DNA of 64,000 nucleotides, taken from a virus. The DNA lies in the IMG/VR virus record IMGVR_UViG_3300015371_000015, positions 1-64,000 of that record. One strand, given 5' to 3'. Below are positions 36,552 through 44,978 of the stretch, one piece after another (the first letter of the stretch is position 1; every line of letters begins with the position of its first letter). The translations under genes and the position numbers were made by a program. The notes under the pieces are model-generated. The model was not told the DNA's origin and ran no database searches. It saw only the letters and a list, made by a program, of their open reading frames with translations.

Positions 36552-36968
36552 ATGAGCAACGATATCGAGGACTTCTTGGCCACCCGTGACCAGTTGTCGA
36601 AGGAGTACGAAGGCATCGGTCTGAGGATCGATGAACTGCAGGCCGAGCTCAACGACCTCAAGGCCCGCAAGCGCCTTCTGGACAAGGCATTCGGCGTGCC
36701 CGTCAAGAAGACGGCGAGGAAGAAGCCGGCTGCCAAGAAGGCCGCACCCAGGGGCGGAAGCACGCCCAAGGACGACCCCAACGTCGAGCGTCTGGTCGAG
36801 CTGCTGAAGGGGTCTCCCACCATGGGGAGGGACGAGATCGCAACCCACTTCCCCAAGCTGGACAGCAAGGGCCTGGGTCTGCTGCTGAGCAAGTGCAAGA
36901 AGCGCGGTCTCATCGACAACGCCGGCGGTAAGCGGCACCCGGCATGGTTCGCTGTGGAGCAGGCATGA
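36552..36968 (+). CDS. coiled-coil + winged-helix-like protein
   Basis: AAGGAG RBS; N-terminal coiled coil, K/A-rich linker, C-terminal wHTH-like pattern. Confidence 0.6.
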   Translation: MSNDIEDFLATRDQLSKEYEGIGLRIDELQAELNDLKARKRLLDKAFGVPVKKTARKKPAAKKAAPRGGSTPKDDPNVERLVELLKGSPTMGRDEIATHFPKLDSKGLGLLLSKCKKRGLIDNAGGKRHPAWFAVEQA

Positions 36969-37117
36969 TCATTCCTGCTGAACATCGTGACCACTGGATG
37001 GAGCCGAAGAACATCTCTCGCAAGCGTGACAAGAGCGAGAAGTTCTGCGAGTCCTGTGGCGTGGCGATTCCCTTCCATGACCGGAAGTGCTCCTTCCTCA
37101 AGGGCCAGACTCGGTGA
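36965..37117 (+). CDS. 50-aa putative zinc-binding protein
   Basis: ATGA overlap; CESC.....H...C. Confidence 0.5.
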   Translation: MIIPAEHRDHWMEPKNISRKRDKSEKFCESCGVAIPFHDRKCSFLKGQTR

Positions 37118-37248
37118 CGGTCGGCATCCCGTGGGGAGAAGACCTCGAGCGTGATTGCTTGGAGATGCGCAAGTTGGAGTCGTGGGGCCTCTTCGCCAGG
37201 GGTCACCACGACGCCACTTGCACTCTCCACCATATGAAAGGATCGACC

Positions 37249-37425
37249 ATGACACCGGAAGAAGCACCGATCGGAACAGTCTGTCACATCGGCCCTCCCA
37301 GGAACGGGAAGCTCGCTCGCAAGGAGCCCGATGGCAAGTGGATCTACCTCAGAGCCGATGGTGGCGAAGTCGATTACGACGATGCTCACAAGTCCATGAC
37401 CGTCGCCTTCATGCCTCAGGGCTGA
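37249..37425 (+). CDS. hypothetical protein
   Basis: GAAAGGA RBS. Confidence 0.55.
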   Translation: MTPEEAPIGTVCHIGPPRNGKLARKEPDGKWIYLRADGGEVDYDDAHKSMTVAFMPQG

Positions 37426-37455
37426 AAAACTCGCGGTCAAAACAACGACTGTAAT

Positions 37456-37510
37456 GAGAGAGAAGAAGCCAGTAGTCTGGCCTACGCCTATAAGCGTAGC
37501 TTCTCTTTTT
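37456..37510 (+). ncRNA. putative small three-way-junction RNA
   Basis: GAAGC/GCTTC closing stem; CCAG-tagt-CTGG and CTACGC-ctataa-GCGTAG hairpins; U-tract; follows a promoter repeat. Confidence 0.45.
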
Positions 37511-37552
37511 GTCTCGCTATATTTCAACAATCGCTCACGAAAGGGCAACCGA

Positions 37553-38380
37553 ATGAAGTTCGACATCGCCAAGGGGATGAAGGCTGCGAAGTCCCTCATC
37601 ACCGCCAACTCGCCTGTCTTGCTGACCGGTGCATCCATCGCCGGCATCGTTGCGACGGGCGTCCTCGCTGCCAAGGGCGGCTACAAGGCGCGAGGTATCG
37701 TCGACGAGGAGCGCATGCGTCGTGTGGCTTCCCCGGAGCCTCCGTTCGACACCTTCGCCGAGTACTACAAGACGTACGTGGAGAAGGCGCCGGACCTGAC
37801 CTTGCAGGAGAAGGTCAAGCTGACTTGGCTCTGCTACGCCGCACCTGCGGTGACTGGTGTGACCGCGATTAGTTCGACCGCTGGTGTGCACCTGATCCAC
37901 ACCAAGCGGCATGCTGCCCTGGCTGGTCTGTACGCCATGACCAGCGCCAAGCTCGATGACGTGAGCGAGAAGGCCGAGGAGCTGCTCGGTCCGAAGAAGG
38001 CACAGGAGCTGAAGAACGAGATTTCCCAGAAGGCGGTCGACCGTGACGGTCCGATCGTCAACACAGAGGTCATGATCACTGGCGACGGCACGGCTCTGAC
38101 CCATGACCAGGGAACCGGTCGATGGTTCATGAGTTCGGTCAACAAGATCGAAGCGGCCGTCAACGAGGTCAATGCTGAGCTGGCCAACAACTCCGGCGCA
38201 GTCTGCCTCAACGACCTGTACGACAAGCTGGGCATGGAGCCCGTCGAGCTCGGCAACAAGGTCGGTTGGTCCGGCACGCTGATCACGGCCAAGTTCGGTG
38301 AGGTGAGGGCCTCGGACGGACAGGTGGCCAACAGCGTATGGTTTCAGCCCGCACCCTCGTTCGGTTACAACAAGCGTTGA
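37553..38380 (+). CDS. DUF6353-like phage protein (paralogue 1)
   Basis: NSP.LLTG....G...T.VLA, LNDLY..LG.......GW. Confidence 0.7.
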   Translation: MKFDIAKGMKAAKSLITANSPVLLTGASIAGIVATGVLAAKGGYKARGIVDEERMRRVASPEPPFDTFAEYYKTYVEKAPDLTLQEKVKLTWLCYAAPAVTGVTAISSTAGVHLIHTKRHAALAGLYAMTSAKLDDVSEKAEELLGPKKAQELKNEISQKAVDRDGPIVNTEVMITGDGTALTHDQGTGRWFMSSVNKIEAAVNEVNAELANNSGAVCLNDLYDKLGMEPVELGNKVGWSGTLITAKFGEVRASDGQVANSVWFQPAPSFGYNKR

Positions 38381-38669
38381 CGAAGCGGACGAGGCCTGGC
38401 ATCAGCTGATCGAAGAAGGGCATGCGCTCGAGGAGAACCGTCGGTGGCGGCGAAAGCTCCTCGGGCGTCACGCTCGAAACATCGAAGAGCTCATGAGTGA
38501 ACAGCAAAGAGGTGAGCTCGACGCTGTGATCGGAGAAGTGTCTTTGTGGGATCCCTACAAGGCAATCGACGATCTGCACGAAGACATGTTTCCACGCGCG
38601 GAGGGGTGCTGGCCGTTTGCATAGGCTGGCGCCCCTCTGGGGCGTGCCCGCATCAAAGGAGTAAGGCGT

Positions 38670-38789
38670 ATGGACGAAGAAGCACGTGAACTGCTGTGGA
38701 AGAGCATGGGACTCGCTATTCTCGGAGGCGCATTCGTCTTCATGTGGTGGCGAGGCCTCTACGAGCTTCGGGAGAAGGAAGCGAGCTAG
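38670..38789 (+). CDS. 39-aa single-TM protein
   Basis: AAGGAG RBS; hydrophobic core. Confidence 0.5.
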   Translation: MDEEARELLWKSMGLAILGGAFVFMWWRGLYELREKEAS

Positions 38790-39126
38790 GCGTATGGACG
38801 AAGGACACATCAATACGAAGTTCGCTGTGTTCTGTTTGTCAGGTATTGCGGCCAATACGGCCTATTACCTACACATCCTCAACAAGCAAAAGCGCACAAT
38901 TGCTGATCTCGCCAAGTACGGAGGCGAAGTAATCCGTGTTGCCGAGGAAGGACGCTTCATTCTTGACAAGGTAATGGAGTGCGCCATCATGTCCGTCGAA
39001 GATGCGGCCCGAATCAACGACGACATCACCCTCTACAAGCACGATTGGGAGATGATGCAGGTCCCGGGTATCGCGGAGAAAACAAGCCTTTTAATGAGAT
39101 CATCCCCTCACATCCAAGGAGAAAAC

Positions 39127-39399
39127 ATGACCGACCAGACCCCCGAGACCACTCCCGAGGTCCCGGTCCAGCCGTCCGAGCCCGCACCCAAGCCCTCGCG
39201 ACTGCGCCAGTTCACCGCCAACCACCCGAAGATCGTCAACGCCGCCAAGCTCACCGCCGCGGCCGTCGGCATCGTCGCCGTGACCCGCGCCGTGACCAAC
39301 GCGCAGCACAACAGGGAGCAGGTGCAGGCCGGCCTGGACCAGACCAAGGAGGGTCTCGAGACCCTGTCGGACTCCGTCACCTCCACGACGGAGGACTGA
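39127..39399 (+). CDS. hypothetical protein (in frame with an upstream ORF from 38794)
   Basis: promoter repeat 39071, AAGGAG RBS, downstream hairpin. Confidence 0.7.
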   Translation: MTDQTPETTPEVPVQPSEPAPKPSRLRQFTANHPKIVNAAKLTAAAVGIVAVTRAVTNAQHNREQVQAGLDQTKEGLETLSDSVTSTTED

Positions 39400-39495
39400 T
39401 CCAAGAGCCCTAGCCCATCGCCACCACCACGATGAGTTAGGGTTTTCTCTTCGCCGCTTATCGCCACCTATCAGTTCAAAATGGGAGACAAATCT

Positions 39496-40044
39496 ATGAA
39501 GACTCGGCTCAACTACGCCATCCTCAACAACGGAGAGGTCAAGGAGGTCATCGATTCCTCAGTGGTTTTGGATGATGACTCTCACCACACCAAGATCGCA
39601 TGGATCAACAGCCTGGTGGAGTCCAATCCAGGGTGCATCTTCTTCCTCGTGACCGACACCACCGACATCTTCGAGGCTGAAGACGAGCCTGAGATCGAGA
39701 GCGTCTCGATGATGTTCGATGCGAACAGTCCCAACTGGGGTCCAGACCCGAAGTACGCCCTTTCCTTCCTCAAGGCTACGCAGAACCACATGAACAATGT
39801 GCTGCAGATCCGTGGATGGCTCGTGCTCAACGACGTGCTGGACGCTGTGGGACTAGAGCGCACGGCACAGGGCATGACGGTGGGCTGGCGTAGGGACGCA
39901 GACGAGGATGGAACCGGAGACGGCTTCATCGACTTCGGACTCGACAGCGAGGACGAGTACACGCTCGCCTTTATTCGTGGAGAAGAGAGCACCGTGCTGT
40001 TGGACTTCAACGTCGACGGCGACATATCAAGCAAGGTCTCTTAG
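39496..40044 (+). CDS. protein with DUF6353-like C-terminal domain (paralogue 2)
   Basis: LNDVLDA.GL...GW...GDGFIDFGL...LDFNVDG.I shared with 42664-43554. Confidence 0.7.
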   Translation: MKTRLNYAILNNGEVKEVIDSSVVLDDDSHHTKIAWINSLVESNPGCIFFLVTDTTDIFEAEDEPEIESVSMMFDANSPNWGPDPKYALSFLKATQNHMNNVLQIRGWLVLNDVLDAVGLERTAQGMTVGWRRDADEDGTGDGFIDFGLDSEDEYTLAFIRGEESTVLLDFNVDGDISSKVS

Positions 40045-40074
40045 GCCTTCTACAAGCAAAAAGGAGTAACTATC

Positions 40075-40521
40075 GTGAGTGTTCGTTCTGAAGCTCGCAG
40101 GGACGCTGAGGAGTACGCTCGGGCCCAGATGTATTACGGAGATGGCGCGGGCACCAGGCGAAAGCTGATCGATGCCACCGTCACTTCCAAGATGATGAAG
40201 GACCCCATCTACGCCACGTACTTCCGTCAGGAGTACGCCAAGCAAGACATGGGGGAGCACGCCATGCGCGCACGCAAGGAGCGGGAGCGTCGTGATCACA
40301 ACAGCGCGATCATGCGCAACGCCAAGGGTCTGGCCACCGGCAACATCAACCAGGTCAGCCCTGTCGTGCTCTTCGTCGTGGTGGGCGCAGCCATCGCACA
40401 CAAGACCGGTCTGGACAAGAAGGCTCTCGACGAGCTGAAGGTCCAAAAGCACCGGTTTGACCTGTGGCGAGACAACCGGAGGCGTAAAAGGCGCCACCTC
40501 AAGCCAGTGAAAGAGGCTTAA
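40075..40521 (+). CDS. hypothetical protein
   Basis: AAGGAG RBS; A.MYYG.GAGTRRKLI motif. Confidence 0.7.
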   Translation: MSVRSEARRDAEEYARAQMYYGDGAGTRRKLIDATVTSKMMKDPIYATYFRQEYAKQDMGEHAMRARKERERRDHNSAIMRNAKGLATGNINQVSPVVLFVVVGAAIAHKTGLDKKALDELKVQKHRFDLWRDNRRRKRRHLKPVKEA

Positions 40522-40895
40522 TGAACCAAGATGAGTTCGAAGAGGTCTTCGAGCACATGATCGGGGCGTCGCGAGACGTTCTGGTCGAGAAGGCTCGGGA
40601 GTATGCCAACGACGGCGACCGCATGCACAACTTCAAGCGTGCGGCAGGTCTGAGTGGGCGTACTCCCGAGCAGATGTGCTGGGGCTTCAACATCAAGCAC
40701 CTGGTCAGCATCACTGACATGGTTGAGAGCGGGGAGTCCTACCCCGAAGAGAAGTGGGACGAGAAACTAGGAGATGCTCTCAACTACCTTATCCTCCTGA
40801 AGGCCTTGATCACCGAGGCTAACGCACCAGACCGTATCGCCCTCCACGATGGAACGGGCACCGTCATTGCTACGCACGAAGCGCAAGGAGAATAG
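40521..40895 (+). CDS. nucleotide-modification-associated domain (DUF1599-like) protein
   Basis: L..KA.EYA...D..HNF, KH, D..NY..L pattern. Confidence 0.6.
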   Translation: MNQDEFEEVFEHMIGASRDVLVEKAREYANDGDRMHNFKRAAGLSGRTPEQMCWGFNIKHLVSITDMVESGESYPEEKWDEKLGDALNYLILLKALITEANAPDRIALHDGTGTVIATHEAQGE

Positions 40896-41417
40896 GTGTA
40901 CCAGATCAAGGTTCCCTACAAGAACTACAACAACCAGCCCAAGACCCGCACCATCAGCTTCAACCTCGAGACTCGTGAGATCATGAAGCTCCTCGAAGAG
41001 TTCTACGTGGCCTTCCAGTGGCAGGAGCAGGCCCGCGAGGAAGAGGTCCGGGAGTACACGCCGGCTGAGACCGTGGTCTTCTACAACGCCTTCGAGGCCA
41101 TTCTGTTGGCCGCCTACGGTGTGGTCAGCGCAGACGGGGAGCGCTTCGAGAAGACCGGACGCTTCGAGTTCGAGGAGTCCAAGGTGTTCGCCGCGGTCAT
41201 GGACATCTTCATCCAGGACCCTGCGCGTACCAACGAGCTCATCAACGGCATTCTGCCTGAGGGTCTCGACAAGCTCATCAAGTCCTCTGAGGGCAACATG
41301 CAGAAGATGATCGAGAACCCCGACACCCCGGACTACATCCGTCGCGAGGTCGAGCGACAGCTGGCCCAGTCCCGAGCTGCCGCGGAGGGCATCGCCCCGG
41401 GCACGGAGCAGGCGTAG
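40896..41417 (+). CDS. conserved phage hypothetical protein
   Basis: FNL...E, I...AYG..S.DG.RF.K, F.ES motifs. Confidence 0.7.
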   Translation: MYQIKVPYKNYNNQPKTRTISFNLETREIMKLLEEFYVAFQWQEQAREEEVREYTPAETVVFYNAFEAILLAAYGVVSADGERFEKTGRFEFEESKVFAAVMDIFIQDPARTNELINGILPEGLDKLIKSSEGNMQKMIENPDTPDYIRREVERQLAQSRAAAEGIAPGTEQA

Positions 41418-41497
41418 GTACGGCTGGGTCTCGCGAAGAAAACACCTCATTAAATGAGAGCCTATCCAGTGCTCACTTTTATCACTAGGAGCATCGA

Positions 41498-41650
41498 ATG
41501 AAACTCGGAAAGTATCAGGTCCTCTCAGGGCTTCTCGTGCTTGCGTCTTGGTACGTGGGCTCGAAGAAGGAAGAGGAGGACATCCGCGAAGCTGTCAGCG
41601 AAGAGCTCGATAACCGCGGGCTGTCGAAGCCGCGCGAGACCCAGTCGTAA
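41498..41650 (+). CDS. 50-aa protein
   Basis: promoter repeat 41431, AGGAG RBS. Confidence 0.6.
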   Translation: MKLGKYQVLSGLLVLASWYVGSKKEEEDIREAVSEELDNRGLSKPRETQS

Positions 41651-41716
41651 CCAAACCCCAACCAAGTGAGAGCGGCCGTAACGGCTACTCTCCTTTTCTC
41701 TCGAAAGGACTCTCGC

Positions 41717-42430
41717 ATGACAAGCGAGCCCGTAGGCAACGGACCTCGACAGGAAGCCGTGCCCAAGAACTCCATGAAGGATCAGGAGGAGCGCAAGAAG
41801 CGCACTGTCGCTAGCGCAGCGCCTAGTTCATCGGCGCCAACTCCTGAATCAGAGCGGGAGCCGGCAACCAAGATCATCTCTGGCGAGGTCACGACCCGAA
41901 AGCCTGCGTGGTGGCGGCGACTGGGACGTAGCATCTTCGCCGAAGACGTGTCTTCGATTGGTAGCTACCTCTACGACGACCTGTTCATCCCCACCATTCG
42001 TAACGCGCTTCGTGAGTTCGGCGTCGGCGCGATCGATAGAGCCATCTACGGTGCCAAGATGGGCCCCCGACGCATGGGCGCCCCAGGCATCATGGGTCTG
42101 AGCGGACAGGTCAGCAACATCAGCACCCGGTATGACCGGATGACAGAAGGACAGCGAGTCGTCTCTAGGGAGGCTCGTGAGCGTCACGACTTCAGCGAGA
42201 TCGTCTTCCCCGACAGGGAGGAGGCCATGATCGTCCTCGAGGGCCTTGTTGCCCGTATCGAGCGCTTCCGTGTAGCCACGGTGCGTGACTTGTACAACCT
42301 ATGCGGCGTCTCGAACGCCGATTTCGCCGCAGGAGGGTACGGCTGGACCGACCTGAACACTGCTGCCATCCGTCAGCGCTACGGCGGCTGGCTGCTGGAT
42401 CTGCCCGAACCTGAGCCGATTCGCAACTAG
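41717..42430 (+). CDS. conserved phage hypothetical protein
   Basis: ATV.DLY.L.G.......YGWTDL motif. Confidence 0.75.
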   Translation: MTSEPVGNGPRQEAVPKNSMKDQEERKKRTVASAAPSSSAPTPESEREPATKIISGEVTTRKPAWWRRLGRSIFAEDVSSIGSYLYDDLFIPTIRNALREFGVGAIDRAIYGAKMGPRRMGAPGIMGLSGQVSNISTRYDRMTEGQRVVSREARERHDFSEIVFPDREEAMIVLEGLVARIERFRVATVRDLYNLCGVSNADFAAGGYGWTDLNTAAIRQRYGGWLLDLPEPEPIRN

Positions 42431-42663
42431 GAGAAAACTTCAAAATGGGAGTAGAAGTGAGCCGCATCGCAATCGTCATGAGTGCTTGCAGATGCAAGAG
42501 ACATGGCGCCGGGCTCAATGAACCATGCTGGGTGCTTCCTGCCCGCGACGGGCAGCAGAACAATGCCGCTGTATGCGGTAACCGTGTCAAGAGCGCCGGC
42601 TTCAACGGCGGCTACCACGGACCAGCCGAATCCTCCACCGGAAACCACAAGTAAGGAACACAG

Positions 42664-43554
42664 ATGAAGTTCGTACCAAACTCAGTGTCTCGGCTCGCTA
42701 GCCGTGGAGCACTCCAGGTGAGTGCCAAGAGCCCCACCATTCTCGTCGTCTCCGGTGTCGTAGGACTCGGGGCGGCTGCGGTCATGGCCGCACGTGCCAC
42801 TCGCAAGATCGACCCCGTGATCGAGTCTCACCAGAAGGAGCGGTGGGACATCAAGGCGCACATGCCGGCGACGCAGGTGGAGAAGAAGGAGCAGCAGCGC
42901 AAGCTGTTCGACCTCTACATGAACACCGGATGGGAGCTGGGTAAGATCTACGGCCCCACCATCCTCGTGGGCTCGCTGTCCGCGGTCTCGGTCCTCTACG
43001 GTCACCGGATCCTTCAGCGTCGCCACGCGGCGTCCCTGGCGGCGTACTCCAGCCTGTTCGAGCTGTTCACCTCCTACCGCAAGCGCGTTGCGCAGACGGT
43101 GGGTGAGGAGAAGGAGCGGGCCATCTACGACGGTGCGACGCTCCAGTACGTCGAAGACCCAGACCACAAGGGTGAGTACAAGCTCGAGCCGAAGTTCCCC
43201 GACGAGGCGGAGGTCACGTACTTGCGTCCCTGGTTCGGCCCCGACAACCCGAACTGGGTCAACGACCCGATCTCCACGTTCTCCTTCCTCAAGGGAGTCC
43301 AGCAGCACATGAACAACGTGCTGAACACCCGCGGCTACGTCTTCCTCAACGACGTGCTGGACGCTCTGCGCTTGCCTCAGGTCAAGCAGGGACAGGTGGC
43401 CGGCTGGCTGCTCAAGGACGTAGGGGAGGGTGACGGCTTCATCGACTTCGGCCTCTACAGTGACGACCCGCACACGGTCGCATTCCGCGACGGCATGTCC
43501 AAGACCGTTCAACTCCACTTCAACATCGACGGCAACATCTACGACCTGCTCTGA
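42664..43554 (+). CDS. DUF6353-like phage protein (paralogue 3)
   Basis: SPTIL...G..G, GYVFLNDV.D.L, GQ.AGW, FNIDG.I.D. Confidence 0.75.
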   Translation: MKFVPNSVSRLASRGALQVSAKSPTILVVSGVVGLGAAAVMAARATRKIDPVIESHQKERWDIKAHMPATQVEKKEQQRKLFDLYMNTGWELGKIYGPTILVGSLSAVSVLYGHRILQRRHAASLAAYSSLFELFTSYRKRVAQTVGEEKERAIYDGATLQYVEDPDHKGEYKLEPKFPDEAEVTYLRPWFGPDNPNWVNDPISTFSFLKGVQQHMNNVLNTRGYVFLNDVLDALRLPQVKQGQVAGWLLKDVGEGDGFIDFGLYSDDPHTVAFRDGMSKTVQLHFNIDGNIYDLL

Positions 43555-43585
43555 CCGCCCACCATGCACGATCGTTAGGAGAATC

Positions 43586-44401
43586 ATGCAGCGCAACAAG
43601 CTCATTGCCGTGGGAGCTGGTCTCTTCGGCTACGGAGTGTTCATCGGGTGGTCAGTTACCGCGGATCTGCTCAACAAGAAGCACAAGGAGCACACCGAGA
43701 CGCTCCTGGACCTTGTGGAGTTCCAGTCCCGTGTCATCGAGGAGAAGCAGGCTCTGCTGGAGTCGATCCCCCTCACGGATGAGGAGCTGGAGCAGATCCA
43801 GTCCGACAACAGGCAGATGCAGGCTGAAGATGCTGCCGTAGGTACGACTCCCGAGGGAACGGTCGCATATTCGGATGCAGATGAGACTGTCGAAATCGAA
43901 AATTCCCCGGCGGTACCTCCTGGAGAAACAATCCAGGAAACCAGGGCAAAGCTCCTGGAAAAGATCGATCCGTACATGCCGGACGATTCGACCGCACACG
44001 AGTTTGACCGTGTGGTACGACTCAATGACATCGCGGATCAGACTCCACCTTTCATCATCCCCGAGTCTGACTATCAGATCGAGGACGTCGACGGCGAGAA
44101 GTACGAGAAGATCGCCGTGACTTACTATCCCAACGAACGCGTCCTTGTCTACGAGGAGGACGAATCAGAAGTCGAAGACATCAACGCCGTCATCGGATGG
44201 GAGAACCTCAATAGCTGGGGCGACCGATCCGGCGACCCGAACGTCGTCTTCGTCCGCAACCATCGCATCCGCGCTGACTACGAGGTCATCCGCGATGAGG
44301 AAAACCGACCGCCTGCCCATGTCATCTACGGCATGGACAAGGAACAGTTTGCAGTGGAGAAGGCGGCCAACACACTGCGATTTCGACCGGAGGACATGTG
44401 A
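43586..44401 (+). CDS. conserved phage hypothetical protein
   Basis: AGGAG RBS; P.II, D...V.VRN......YEV. Confidence 0.7.
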   Translation: MQRNKLIAVGAGLFGYGVFIGWSVTADLLNKKHKEHTETLLDLVEFQSRVIEEKQALLESIPLTDEELEQIQSDNRQMQAEDAAVGTTPEGTVAYSDADETVEIENSPAVPPGETIQETRAKLLEKIDPYMPDDSTAHEFDRVVRLNDIADQTPPFIIPESDYQIEDVDGEKYEKIAVTYYPNERVLVYEEDESEVEDINAVIGWENLNSWGDRSGDPNVVFVRNHRIRADYEVIRDEENRPPAHVIYGMDKEQFAVEKAANTLRFRPEDM

Positions 44402-44976
44402 TCGCTCTCGAAGACCTGTACTTCGAGTGGCTGTTGACATGCATCGATCCTGATGGAGTGACGGAGGGGGTCGGCTACTTGGCTGGCCTCCTCCATCGCT
44501 GTGAATTCGAACGTCGAGTGGGTAACGACATCAACCGAGCCGTTGACGGCGCCGATCTGAGAAAGGAGTTCTTTGCTCAGTTCCCGTCGGCTACGTTCGA
44601 CCCGGCTGAAGTCGAGACTCTTTCGATGAAGGAATGCACCTGGCTCGAGATGCTGATCGCGCTCTCGCGACGCCTTGACTACCTGTATGACGGTGGCGTT
44701 TTCTCTCGATTCGTCGAGATGGTAAACAACATGCGACTTGGCGAGATCGCCGGGTTCGTGCCGTACAGGTCAAGGCAGACCGTAGAGCTAGATCAGCGGT
44801 ATGTCGACACCGTTACAAGTGCAATAGACAACAACAAGTTCAGACCAAATGGCCACGGAGGGATATTTCCCCTTCGCCACCAGCACCGAGTGGACCAGAG
44901 GAGGGTAGAAATCTGGGAACAGTGCGGCCTTTACTTCAGTGAGAAACTAGGACTAGAAGAGGGGGTGTATCACTAA
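44398..44976 (+). CDS. conserved phage hypothetical protein
   Basis: Y..WL, D.NR..DG..LR, LEM..AL, GG.FP, EIW.Q. Confidence 0.7.
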   Translation: MIALEDLYFEWLLTCIDPDGVTEGVGYLAGLLHRCEFERRVGNDINRAVDGADLRKEFFAQFPSATFDPAEVETLSMKECTWLEMLIALSRRLDYLYDGGVFSRFVEMVNNMRLGEIAGFVPYRSRQTVELDQRYVDTVTSAIDNNKFRPNGHGGIFPLRHQHRVDQRRVEIWEQCGLYFSEKLGLEEGVYH

Positions 44977-44978
44977 AG

